Assembly (NCBI GenBank): GCA_905178155.1
Contig: CAJINV010000001.1
Span: 3,215,675-3,279,674, forward strand
Origin: Amoebophrya sp. A120
Taxonomy: Eukaryota; Protista; Dinoflagellata
Reading direction: 5' to 3'
DNA: 64,000 nt
Both the position numbers and the translations under genes were made by a program. The notes beneath the pieces are model-generated. The model did no database searches, was not told the DNA's origin, and saw nothing but the letters and a program-made list of their open reading frames with translations. Below, piece by piece: positions 12,410 through 24,100 of this stretch. The number at the start of each line of letters is the position of its first letter. The stretch's first letter is position 1.

Positions 12410-13565
12410 TCTGAGAACTTTTTCGTCAAGAGGAAACAAACTTGATGTCGATCGATTCGTACGTACACGTAGTTATGGTGAAAATACGGGTTGCGTGATT
12501 CAAAATCGTCGTTCTTGCTGAGTGATTTTCTAATAGTTGTTTTGCTGTGTCTGTGTGGATGAGTTACGGTTCGTTCATATAAGGGTGGGTCTCGTCAAAG
12601 ATTCAGATTTACAAAAACCAAAGATGAATCATTTGAGCTTTGTTTATGTGTTGATCTAGAATCGCGATTCCTCGTGGCTTGCTTTTCAATTTGTTCGCAG
12701 ATCTGCACCTGTGCATTTTTACCAATACAGCCTAGGATCCATCGTCCGTACTGATGAGCTGAATTCGTTCGCTATCGCTTTTAGATCCTTCCGGTGTTGA
12801 TACAACAGGCTGTCATCATTTCTTCTTTGACTTTGTGCCAACAGCGGGCAGATGAGCGCACAAAGATCCTTGTAGCACATTTTACATGCTTAAACGTAGA
12901 AACATCCAGCGAGCGTAAAAGAGGCACGGCATAGGAGTGCTTGACTTCGATCTTTTAGTGTAAGTAGAATGATTTATGATTACAGTATGCATTTCTGGTT
13001 GACGTGGCTATGACCACGAGCACGACCTGCTGTGTCCGTTTCGGTCATAAATGTGAATGTCTAGCATTGTTGCGTGTACGCATCTTCCGCGACACAGGCA
13101 GCAGGAGCAGTTGCAGTTCGCTTTAGATGAAAAATAAGACACCAATCTGCTAGTACTAGCTGATGGTATCAATTTTGCCAGGCACAAGTGCATCGAGGCA
13201 CCATGCTGTAACAGACCAAAAGTGTTGACGTAGTTTAGGGTCAAACAGGGAGAACTAGGATGTTGTAATTCAAAAGTCAAGGCGCTGCAACAAGATCTTT
13301 TGTTTGATTCCAAACCACTACGACTAGCTCCGAAAGCAAAACCGCCAAAGCGTCTCTTTTGCCCTCGAAATCGAAAATAGGGTGGAATTCTCGTATAATC
13401 TACAAGTAATATGGGTGCTGGTGCACATGATCGATAGATAGATGCAAAAGTTTATCCTAACAGTGAGTTGTATCAAAGCAAAACCACCATGTCTACTCCC
13501 TGATGTGGGAACAAAATTATCTTCTCACTCTTAGAAGCGTACACGTACAGCTGGATCCATGATAA

Positions 13566-16223
13566 TCACGTTCCTTCCTCTTCTTTTTCTTCTTCCAAGT
13601 ACTTATCGTCCTTGGAACTGCAGCATGGCTCTACTTCCGGTAGCATTTCTTCCAGCGCCGCCTTGATCTTTGCCCGCACGCGCTCGAGCTTGCACTCAAA
13701 AGCGACGGGGCGCTGGCGGCCTCCATTCATGCACGGAAAACTCAAGGTGAGCGCAAAGTCAATGGCCTGCTGCGCATCCTCGATTCGTTCCTGTAAGTTA
13801 GACAGCAACAGCGACATGGCTTGCACCACACAGCCTGCACATACCAGCTGATGTGCGAGCTCATTGGGTATGACCCCCAGGGTGGCCCAGACATGTCCCA
13901 ACAGCGCGACCGTGCAAAGGTTGCCAACGAAAAACTTGTGCTTGAAATTGTCGTCCAATCGCGTGTAGCATTCAAGCGCCCATCGAAGTGGCTTCAACCC
14001 CTTCCGAAGTGTCCGGCAGGTTGCCCGGCGGCGGCGGCGACAGGCTGCAGCCGACCAGAAGTGGTGCATTTGCTTCTTGACAACTGATGCGGATGATTTG
14101 GTATGTTTTTTCTTGCGTTTCTTCTCAACCATTTCCTGGCGTTTCTCACCTTTCATATCGTTCCTTGCTTTTTCCTGCCGCAGAAACGGAGTGTCCCTTA
14201 ACAACCGACCAGCCACGCTGCTGCTCACTGCCAGCACGTCGGCCTGCGCGTTTCGGTGTTCCAAGCGTCTGCAACAAGAATCGAAGAAAAGTTTCATCTT
14301 CACCGGATCCAGGGTCAGTTGTCCCATTGCCGCGGTTAGAGCGTCAACTGAGCTGGCTTGTTCAGCACTTCCATCCTTTTCACGTACTACTTCCCCTCTT
14401 TTGCTTGATCTTGTTGTGGCTGTACAGGCTGCGATATCTTCATCATCTTCGCCGTTTTTAACACTTCCGGTGCCTTGTTCGATTTCAGTGCGCCTTGGTG
14501 GGAGCTCATCGAAAACGACGACCTCCATCATAGAAGCGACGCTGTCACTCGACGACAACGACGGACTCGAAGTGGCGGAGTTGCTGGCTGTGTCGGTCTC
14601 GTTTGTCGAAGCACTTGACAGTCTGGAGGAAGAGGACAAGAGCCCGCATCTGATACTATTGTTTTTCCTGCGCCGCAAGAAAGGCTCATGATCAACACGC
14701 TGTTGAGATTCTTCCTCGAAATAATCGTAGTCCTCTTGCTCTTGATCCTCGCTCGCATCAGCAACGTCGCGGCTGTAAAAATTGTGCCTCGCGAGACGGC
14801 TACAGTCGTGCTTGGCCACCGCTTTCAACACGCCAAGAATATCCTCCTCGAGAATCGGCACCACTGTATGCGCTTGCTGCCGGCAGAGCGGACACTCGAT
14901 CCCGTCCGTGTTGTCGAGAATCTCACACAAGCTCGCGGCCAGGAGGCACTCTTCCGTCGTCACGGGCCGGCGTGATGATTGATCTGCTGAGCTTGATGTA
15001 GCACTGCAAGATGAACTATCACTGGCAGTAGTTTCCTCTTGTTCTACTTCGTCCTCTTCGGCAGACAGGGGAGCGTCGTCTTTGACAAACGAAGAATGGT
15101 AACGCTGACAAACTTCTCTCACCCGCTCCGGGAAGTCTTCCTCATCGGGCGCTTGCGCTTCTGATTGTTGAGCATAACATTCCTCCGCTTCGGCGCCGGG
15201 CTTTTCATCTTTTTGCGATGATTTATCGCATTTTGGTTTTCTTTCCTTCCCTCTCCCACAGTTCCTATCCCGACGCAGCAACTCCTTCATTGCCACCTCC
15301 ACCTTCTTGCACTGCTCGAGCCGCAGCCGCTGGATGCTCGCATTCGCCCGGATCTGCGCAAACGACACGGCGCCGGACGGGCTGCGGCTACGCAGCGGTC
15401 GATACCCGTGCGCCGTCAGGTCTTTTTCGATCTTTTTGCGGAACCACTGCTCCAGGCAATGGGCATGCAAGCGGTGCTGGCACGGCAGCAGAATCAGGCT
15501 GGTTTTGTCCTGGCACGGATGCCCGAGAAGTCGTGGCCAGTGGATCGGCAGCGTAGTTCCGGGTAGTTGTTCCGGAGAATAGGCCGGATCTGCTGCAAGA
15601 CCTGGGCCACAGGATGAACATGATGATGGCGTCTTTGGAAAAAACTTGTCACTCATCGCCGTTAAACTTTCGTCCTCCTGGCAAACGAAGCAGGCCTGCT
15701 CATGTTTCCACGCATCGACGATTTGTAAAAGGGCCAGCAATTCTCGAGCCGGTTTGGAGACCAGCGCGCCGCCTCTTCGGAAGAAGCAGGTAGTGGGGTC
15801 CGAATAGGAAGGGGTCGTCCGAGGAGTGCCCGCTCTTTCTACCTCTGCTTCACCGTCAATGTTACCACGTTCTTCTGCTTCGGCTAGGGATGCAAGTGTG
15901 TGGTTGGTTTCTTGCCCATTCGATATCGTCGGAAACTGAAGGTCTTCTCTCTCCCAGTCTTCGAAAACGCTCATCACCATTTTCTTTCGGAAACCCAAGC
16001 CTGTCGCAGGTTGTGGCAGGAAAACCAGTGGCAAGAATATTGCCACAAGAAACCTTGTTGGTACCGCCACCCAGGTCGGTCTGGCACGCATGCTGGTACG
16101 CAGGCGCTTGGTGGATGAGTTACTGCCTAGAAGGACCCGGCAACTGCTGTTGCAAGAGATGCCATGATGCGCTGGAGGATCCATCGTTCCCGGGGGGCCG
16201 CAAAAATTATAATTATGAGACAA
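13566..16223 (-). CDS. RING-H2-like protein with expanded loops, hydrophobic N-terminal segment and C-terminal TMs (paralogue 1)
   Basis: 885-aa ORF containing CFVC...LLPCQHRLHAHCLEQWF...CPLCRQ. True start may be a downstream ATG. Confidence 0.75.
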   Translation of the reverse strand: MSHNYNFCGPPGTMDPPAHHGISCNSSCRVLLGSNSSTKRLRTSMRARPTWVAVPTRFLVAIFLPLVFLPQPATGLGFRKKMVMSVFEDWEREDLQFPTISNGQETNHTLASLAEAEERGNIDGEAEVERAGTPRTTPSYSDPTTCFFRRGGALVSKPARELLALLQIVDAWKHEQACFVCQEDESLTAMSDKFFPKTPSSCSSCGPGLAADPAYSPEQLPGTTLPIHWPRLLGHPCQDKTSLILLPCQHRLHAHCLEQWFRKKIEKDLTAHGYRPLRSRSPSGAVSFAQIRANASIQRLRLEQCKKVEVAMKELLRRDRNCGRGKERKPKCDKSSQKDEKPGAEAEECYAQQSEAQAPDEEDFPERVREVCQRYHSSFVKDDAPLSAEEDEVEQEETTASDSSSCSATSSSADQSSRRPVTTEECLLAASLCEILDNTDGIECPLCRQQAHTVVPILEEDILGVLKAVAKHDCSRLARHNFYSRDVADASEDQEQEDYDYFEEESQQRVDHEPFLRRRKNNSIRCGLLSSSSRLSSASTNETDTASNSATSSPSLSSSDSVASMMEVVVFDELPPRRTEIEQGTGSVKNGEDDEDIAACTATTRSSKRGEVVREKDGSAEQASSVDALTAAMGQLTLDPVKMKLFFDSCCRRLEHRNAQADVLAVSSSVAGRLLRDTPFLRQEKARNDMKGEKRQEMVEKKRKKKHTKSSASVVKKQMHHFWSAAACRRRRRATCRTLRKGLKPLRWALECYTRLDDNFKHKFFVGNLCTVALLGHVWATLGVIPNELAHQLVCAGCVVQAMSLLLSNLQERIEDAQQAIDFALTLSFPCMNGGRQRPVAFECKLERVRAKIKAALEEMLPEVEPCCSSKDDKYLEEEKEEEGT

Positions 16224-17216
16224 TCAAATTTTATCGTGATATGGTTCTATAGCCAGCAACCTTCATGAGGAAATAGCTGCCTCACGTCACTGTCACTAGC
16301 AAGACATACAGAAGAAAATTAGATGTTGTAAAAGAAATTTTATCCTTGTGGTACTCTTATGCAACAATGAAAATGAATACAGATCGCTAAAAAAGACAAA
16401 GCTTATCATGCGAAGAGAACGTGTTGCAGCTTACCGACGTACAACGAACATGGGTCGTGCAGTGTCAAAGCAATTGTGATGATCATGATCCTGCGTGTGC
16501 TAATTCAATAGTGCGCGCGAGCGATCCGGAAGTCGTTCTAGATCTCGTTCTTGTCGTCGCTGACGCTGTGGTCTTGGTACTATATGAGGCCATCGAATAC
16601 AAAAGGACGAGAAAAACGATTCAAACAAAATTCCAGATCTTTAAGAGGCGTCGTCCGTACTGCTTGGTTTGATAGAGTCAGTGTAGAGATCTTAACGATG
16701 TTGAACAGGCGCGCAAAGATCGAGATCACGAAACGTCTTCGTTTCACATGTTTTGCTCTATTACCGAGACATTTATGGTGTGCTGTAGCTAGTGTGTCTT
16801 TACGGTTGAGCAAATGAAAAGTGCAAGAGCAAAATGTCAACAAGTTCCATCCGGCGGTTAAACAAGACCAACATAGAAATCGATGCCTGTCTCAGCTTGT
16901 TAGTTCAGTGATATGCATGGCAACGCGAAAGCTTCTGCTTCATCGTACATAGATTTTGAGTGTTTGGGTCATCTTCAACGTCGTCTGTCTAATACATCAG
17001 CTTCAGCATCACAGATCTCAGTTACAATCAAACAGTGCAAAAACCTGTATAAACATTTCTCACTATCCGACGATAATGTCATTATTTCCGTTTCCGAGAA
17101 AGGACAACGCAAAGGATCCTCCCCGCTGCGCGGTAACAAATCTCATCGCTTGACGTTGTCGGTCTGTTCTGTGCGTAAGGATTGCCACATATTTTTGACC
17201 TAATCCTCCTCTATTT

Positions 17217-19619
17217 CTAGACCTCGAAGTCGAGGGGCGCAGGAAGATGGGCGCAAGGTTCGTCGTCTATCTCTTTTGATTTCTTCGAAGCTTCCAGGAG
17301 CTGTTGCAGCCCCGATTCGATCGTGTCCCGCACGAGACGCAGTTCAAAGCTCTTGAGCTGCTGCTCCTCTCGTTGACCTTCCTCTCCGCCGTCTGCGCTC
17401 CTGTTTTGATTCAAGCCGAGCTGCGTCGCGAGGCGGGCAAGCGGTTTAAAGAGGCATACGTCGAAAAAAATAAGCGCAATCCCCACTTGCTTGAAAAAAT
17501 CCGCAGCAGCATCGGACAGGTGTACGTGGAGGCCGTCTCTCAAAAAGGTGCCCGCAGAGATCCCAGTGATGAGCACAAACGCGATCACCAATCTGAGTCC
17601 TTGCTCGTGGTTCTGCATACATGTCAGCAAACCCCGTCCGACCCGCGTTCCTCGCGCAGCCCGCACGACGCCACGCGCTCGATTGGCAACCGCAGCTCGC
17701 CCCTGTAAGCAACGAAGGTAGCAATGAAGGTAGCAGTGCTGCATGCGCGCAAAGCAACTTCGTTGTCGTTCCGATCCGAGATAATTACTATCCGATTTCT
17801 CGCGGGTGTCGCGCTCGTTCGTCTTTCTGTTTTTCGGTTTCCCTCTCGCGACCCACCTCGCAGTCCGCCCTTGTTTGCCGAGCTTTCGTGCTTTTGCTTG
17901 GTCATTCACGGCACAAATATCTTCCTTTGCATCTCGCGTTCTCAGCTTTTCGAAAATATCCTGTTTTACCCGCAGCATGCGATGCGGACTGAGTGTGAGC
18001 CGCTCCAGTTTCTCTTCCAATCCGCAAAGAGCTGCATCATCATTTGTGTTAGAACTTGTGTGTCCGCTCCGCTTTCTTCCCGCTGTTCTTCTGCGGCAAT
18101 GCTTCTTCTGTGCGATCGCCTCACGGTCTTTCCGTGCGGTTGCGTCCGGAGTTAGAAGGGGGAGACCACGGGACCCTGCAGCGTTGTGGTCGTCCGCGTT
18201 TTCATCCTCCGAAAGAACTTGCTCGAGAACGCGACTGATATCTTCCTGGAGGATTGGCACCAAGCTTTGCACGTGCTGTCTACATATCGGACACGACAAA
18301 GAACTGTGGGAAGCGTTCATAAACCTTCTCTGCAGTACTGCGTTGCTCTGCATTGGCGGACTGAAGTAAAGCGCAGCAGATAAATCCGAAACGAAGAGAC
18401 ACTCTTCGCTGATATTCCCAAGCTCGGTGTCGGACGAGGTAGGAGAAGGGTGTGCTGTAGCCCCTGTAAGCGGCTTCTTCGCATCAGAAATTTTTTCGTC
18501 AACGACAAGCAATGGCTGCGGCGTGCTAGGTTGCTCCGCGCTGCAACTACCTGTGGCCTTCGTTTCTCCCGTAGCATGCAGCTCGTCCGCGGTTCTTGGA
18601 GTACTTCTTTCCTTAATATCACTGCGGAAAGTACAAACAAAGTCCTCCAATCGCACGCGCACCCTCTTGCACTGCTCCTCCTTCCAAAGCGCGTTCTTCC
18701 TGTCGGAAGGCTCATCACTGTAAAATTTGAAGAAATTCCGTTCGATCCAATCTTCCAAGCAACAGCCGTGCACACGATGCTGGCAGGGGAGAAAAACCAC
18801 TGAAGTCATGGCGTCGTCTTCTCTTTCCGTTGGACAAGAAACTTCATCCAGGCAGCAAAAAGACTTTTCCGCTGTCTCGTTTTCGTCATCGCTATCGAAC
18901 ATTCCGCCCGCGGTTCTAGCACTCTGTTCCCGCAGTGATGTGTCGCCAGGAGAGGTTCTCGTGGCGTCTCGTTTTCGATCTCTCTGCCCACGAACAACGC
19001 TGCCACCGGAGGAGCGACTACTTGAAGACGACACTCCACCCCGACTTTTTCTGTTCTTTCTGAGCACACTTCGCTTGTGCCGCGCCAACAATTCTGGCTC
19101 TGTTTCGTCTTCTTGACAAAACAGGCACTGATGCTTGTCTGGGATACTTGCCTCGACGATTTCCAACAACGCCAACAAGTCCCGTGCGGGCTGCGAAACC
19201 AGCCATCCGCCAGAGTCGAAACATGTGGGATTCTGGTTCCGCTCGTGCTCTTGCTCATTTGCTGCATCTTCAACCACGACTTCTTCCGCGGTTTCTCTAG
19301 CACGCCATTGACGCGCCAGCGCCCCGTCGGTGACGATCTGGCCGCTCGCAGAACTGGGCTGGTGCGTTGCTCCAGTCAAAACTTCCTCACCGCTTTGAAG
19401 TAAAGGCTGTCGATCCGCGCGCTCTGCTTCTAGTCTGGGGTGCCTTGTTGGTGCTGCAACATCCCTGTCTGGTGTGGTGCTACTGCTAGTGCTACGTCGT
19501 GTAGATGAAGAAAGAGACACTACTCCGACGGCCGTGGGTGCGAAAATGATCACAGCCGGCGCAACTACCATCAATCGAGAGACCATCAGCTGCGCAAGAG
19601 CGGCCATTTTCTTGGCCAC
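17217..19619 (-). CDS. RING-H2-like protein with expanded loops, signal-like N-terminus and C-terminal TMs (paralogue 2)
   Basis: 800-aa ORF containing CLFC...FLPCQHRVHGCCLEDWI...CPICRQ. Shares blocks TCFxxGGxLVSxPARxLLALL, EECL, VPILxEDI with 13566-16223. Confidence 0.75.
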   Translation of the reverse strand: MAKKMAALAQLMVSRLMVVAPAVIIFAPTAVGVVSLSSSTRRSTSSSTTPDRDVAAPTRHPRLEAERADRQPLLQSGEEVLTGATHQPSSASGQIVTDGALARQWRARETAEEVVVEDAANEQEHERNQNPTCFDSGGWLVSQPARDLLALLEIVEASIPDKHQCLFCQEDETEPELLARHKRSVLRKNRKSRGGVSSSSSRSSGGSVVRGQRDRKRDATRTSPGDTSLREQSARTAGGMFDSDDENETAEKSFCCLDEVSCPTEREDDAMTSVVFLPCQHRVHGCCLEDWIERNFFKFYSDEPSDRKNALWKEEQCKRVRVRLEDFVCTFRSDIKERSTPRTADELHATGETKATGSCSAEQPSTPQPLLVVDEKISDAKKPLTGATAHPSPTSSDTELGNISEECLFVSDLSAALYFSPPMQSNAVLQRRFMNASHSSLSCPICRQHVQSLVPILQEDISRVLEQVLSEDENADDHNAAGSRGLPLLTPDATARKDREAIAQKKHCRRRTAGRKRSGHTSSNTNDDAALCGLEEKLERLTLSPHRMLRVKQDIFEKLRTRDAKEDICAVNDQAKARKLGKQGRTARWVARGKPKNRKTNERDTREKSDSNYLGSERQRSCFARMQHCYLHCYLRCLQGRAAVANRARGVVRAARGTRVGRGLLTCMQNHEQGLRLVIAFVLITGISAGTFLRDGLHVHLSDAAADFFKQVGIALIFFDVCLFKPLARLATQLGLNQNRSADGGEEGQREEQQLKSFELRLVRDTIESGLQQLLEASKKSKEIDDEPCAHLPAPLDFEV

Positions 19620-21101
19620 AGAAGATAGGAAACTCGAATTTATGTAGAACTAGAGAATTGAAAGAAAAAGAATCAGAGCTAATGCTAATACAAATGCGGA
19701 CGCAAGAAATATGCAACTTTTTGAGTTCAAGTCAGAGTATCGCGACTCTTTCGAATTATGTATTGATACGGGAATAAACGCTAAGGTACCTTCAGTTGCA
19801 GCTAGTGTTTACTTAAATAATATTTCGACAAGTACTTCTTTTGCGAGTTTCACAGTCTACGAAAACCTGCCTCTGCTGTTCGTTTGTTGAAGGATTTTGA
19901 ACTCTATCACTTTCACGCAGAATTTTCAACTTTCGGAACCGGACCGGGTCGATCTATTTCTGGAACTGAAGCAAATAATTTTCGTGTTTTTGACGGGCAC
20001 GGGATTGAACTTCCTTTAGCTTTACCTATTTCAATTCCAGATCATCAATTTACTGTTTTTTCTTTCCTTGTTCAACATTCATTCGTTTTCATCGTTGTAT
20101 AGTAGTGTCAAATTTGCGATCGTCCGTGGAGGTAGCGAGAGCGACTTCTTGTCAACCACGCCCAAGAGAACAACATAACCTCCGGGCAGCGGCGCATTTG
20201 TCATTCGTTGGTATTCCTGGTCCTCCTCAATTTTTTTTTGTTCCTTTCTCCGCCCCAAAAACTGGAAAATAATGAATCCGCGAGAAGCACTGTCATCACG
20301 GTTTACTTTTCGTGTCATTGACTCCGAGTCCGCTGCCCTCTGTCGTGATACGGACTGCAAGTTACTTCAACTTCCAGAACGTCATTCCTCGCTAGATTTA
20401 AAGTTGCCATTCTGCTGCTGCCCTAGTCTATTTTTCACAGCAAATTGTTACAAGAGTCGCGCTAAGCCAAAAAGTCGCTACAAAGCAAGTACAAATGACG
20501 GTCGTTAATTTCCAAAGCGCTACGAGTGCCTGTCTTCTCGACAAAAACAAGAAGTCTACCCATAATCTGAGCGGCCAATCTTTGTCGAGAAGAAACAATC
20601 GCGCACAAAAAAGGAAAATGAAATGCGGAGAGAGAAACAAAAAGAAACGAAAACCTTCAAAAAGTATCCAAATCCTTCAGTAAAAGATGAAGATGAAACA
20701 AAGGAACAAACTTGCTCGCGATCCGTGCTTCAGGTAAAGAGCAACGAACGGCGCACGGAATAAAGCAGATGAAGGAACTGTAACCAAAAATTTCTAATAC
20801 AGGGCGAATAGGTGGTGGAAAATGTGTTCATGATGTTGAGCATGCCAGCGACGCGCAGCGAAATCTACAACGCTACTTGCGCAACCAGCAATCTCCAAAA
20901 AAACGTAGTAAACAGAGGTGGTCAATCTCAATTGATGTCCTTCAAACAAAAAAATGCTTCACAACTCGAAGCAGTTGGCAAACGTGGTATCGTTCTTGAG
21001 AGCCTCAAATCTAAGACGCGAGACGCAGTTTTAGCGATACTAGTGGTCGGTCCTCCTTAGCCTGACACGTCCTCCCATGGTCCCTTGCGATGAAGTCTAC
21101 C

Positions 21102-24100
21102 TCACTGACCTTCCTCCTCACCGAGAGCACCGTTAAACTCGTCCACATTGTCATCAGCAACGCTCGGATGCCCTGCTTCGTACATAGATCGTCGGCAGGG
21201 CACCGAAACGATGCCGATACCCCGAGACGGTACGCTTCCGGAGCGTTGGCGCGGGAGCAAGGCCGTCGTCGAGATTTTGTTTCCCGTCGACTTCCGGCTG
21301 CTTCCGACGACAGTCGACGCCTTACTGGACCGCCGAGACGACGGACCGCCCGCAGGCGCGATGCCGCTGATTCCCTTGCTCAGGCTGGAGTCATCCGGCT
21401 GCGGCGGTACTGGCGGAAGTGATAGTGGTTGTGCGCCAACGCTGGCCCGCTTTTCGTCGGCAGCCGGTACATCAACTACACCTAGGTCTAGCACAATGTC
21501 CGCGGGCGAAATAGAAGCACCACCGGCCCTTGACTGCCGAGCAGAAGAAGATGTAGTTGCCGCTGCGGGGGCCACTGGTGCACCAGAACAACTACCCTCT
21601 GGCACAACAGCAGAAGATGCAGAAGACGTGGGTTGAAACTGCAACACCAAAGATGCCACCCGGCGGTACTTCCGGTAGGGATTTGGGGTGCGTTGCTGGT
21701 TCGATTCGTCGTCCGGCGTGGTGGCGCAGGCCGGGGAGGTAGCCCGGGTGCCCCGCGACTCAGAGAGGGGCGAACTCCGGAAGGTGCAGGTAGGGCTCGG
21801 CAACGTTGCGCGGGGAGGAGCAGATGAAGTTGCAGTTGAAGTTGCACTACTGCCGGTTGCATTCGTAGAACCACCAGCAGCGCCACCATAGTCATGGTGC
21901 TGATGATGTTTTCTTGAAGTGGTCTGATCGCCGCCTGCATTCGGCAAGTTAGATGATTGGTGAAGTGTTGTTGTTATGCTGCTTCTATTGCAGGACGAAG
22001 ATGAACTAGCGCAGCTTCCGTGTTGTTGTTCCTGCTGGTGTTCTCCGATCATTTCTCTTGGTGGATACACATCATCATCTTCATCATCCCGTGGCGGATA
22101 CACTGTATCGTCCTGGTGCCGCTCATCTTCGACACCGTCCTCCCGGACGCTTCTCCTATCCGTTGTACTCGTGGAATGGTGGTCTGCTTCCGTTTTACTC
22201 GGTCGTTTCGCCGTCCACTGAGGGGCACGGGCGGTGGTCGAGGACGAGCTCTTCCCGTGGCTGCTGTGAAATCAAATTGGTGACGGCGCTAGGTAACATG
22301 ATTTACGGAAATTAGGGTAAAGCGTGGAAATGATCGGTGTGTGCACAAAATCAACCTCTTGAGAGACATAAACATGTGTGACCGTAACTCCAAGCCTTTC
22401 TATACCTGTCATCCACAACAGCCGAAAAGCACATCCCCGTCTCCGTGGGACCCGCTCCAAGCGAAGCGATCAACCGGTCCGTGTCCACTGAGGTACTACT
22501 ATCCTCTTGCTGCGTTTTGTTCACAGATTGCGCCGCGGAGGAGGAACTCGCTGAGCCCTGGCCCTGCGAAGACGAGGAGGAAATTCGCTGCATATGGATT
22601 GCAGAAATGTCTGGGTCTGGAAGATTGCAACTTGTCATGGTAAATCTGAAGCATGCAAAAATCTGTGTTGCATGAGTGCCAAAAGCTGGCCACTTTTGAC
22701 CAAGTTGGAAGGGAGTTTCTCATGCAGGACAGGCATGGCGGAGACCTCGTAGAGTCTGTCATGCTAGGTCCCGCATTCCAGACCTCATGGGTCATGAAAA
22801 ATCTGCATGACAAGTCTACACTTTTCCAGACCCAGACTACATTTTTACATTTGATATTGCACAAGGGCCGACAAGCGCGCGGCCAGCTCTTCCGTTTCGA
22901 AGGGATTCTTCGCCAGGGCCTGCTGTGAGCAGCTTGCTGTGCTCGAGTACGCTGAGAAGCGTGTCGTGGGTCGAAAATGATAAGTGGCGCAACTCTGCTG
23001 GCTGTCGCGATGCTTGTTATTCGACGTTGCAGGACCTGCATCAGGCTGGTCAGCAGCCTCTCTGGAAGTATCTAACCTGCTTCGTGCGTCCTCCTCATCG
23101 TCCTCCTCCTCATCGTCGGTGGGGGAGATTCGGTCTTCCTGCCAAGTTTCGCCGCGCTGCAGCTCCTTGGATGGACGGCTTGTGGTGACTCGCGTGGTTC
23201 TCCTCGTTGAGGACCGCGATTCGGGCAAAACTGTTTCCGAAATCCCGCGCCGGAGATTCTTCTCACCAGCACCAGCAAGCGGCCCACTTGAAGACTCGTC
23301 CGCGCTGTCTTCGGGAACCGGCGCGAGGCTGTGGCGCATGTCGCTTTTCCGGTTACAACTTGTGGTCTCCCTGCCGGAAGAGCCGGTGCTTGTTGCCCGC
23401 ACAGCAGGCATGTTATTTCTCGTGCCGCCTAAAGAGTTGTGACTTGTTTCCTCGAAGGCTGTTGTGATACAGCTCTCTTGCGAAGAGGACCGAGCTACTA
23501 TCGCCTGATCTCCGAACGGGTCAGAAGAAGAAGAGGAGCTACTTGCGCGGCCGTTCTCGAACTCGCTGACCCTCGCGAAAGCCGAGACCCGCATCAGATC
23601 CGACCAGGAAATGCTGCTTGATCGATCACCTTCTTGCTCGAGCGAGTTGTTAACGTTCTCGGCGTCGTCCTGTTCTCCTCGTCCGCCCGATGGTCTACTA
23701 CTGCTTTGTGATCCACCATCTGTTCTCCTCGGATCTTGCACGTCGGGCTGTGCACGATGACCAGAACAGGATGACGTCGAAGCTTCTTCGCTGCTGGGAC
23801 TCCCCGTTGCTTCGCTTGCGATTTCCTCCGCGGGGGAGCTGGACCCGGACGCCGACCCAGCAGTCGTCGACGCATCTTCGTCCACCTCCCCGGGAGACCC
23901 GACCTTTTCCGTGGAAGTTTGTTGCACCGTCAAGCTCGCCATGGTGGAAATCGAGGAGATTCTCGTTTGCGAGATCCGGTTAAGGCTTTTGTTCTGTTGG
24001 CACACGACGGCCAGAAATTCCTGGTAGTCAATGGTGCCCTTCCCGGTCAGATCAGCCTCGGCAATCATCCCCTCGGCGTCGTGTAGGAGTACGTCGCGCA

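Noticed and set aside
20079-20360. Possible extra last exon of the CDPK gene
   Set aside because: I could not establish a convincing in-frame splice from about 21107.
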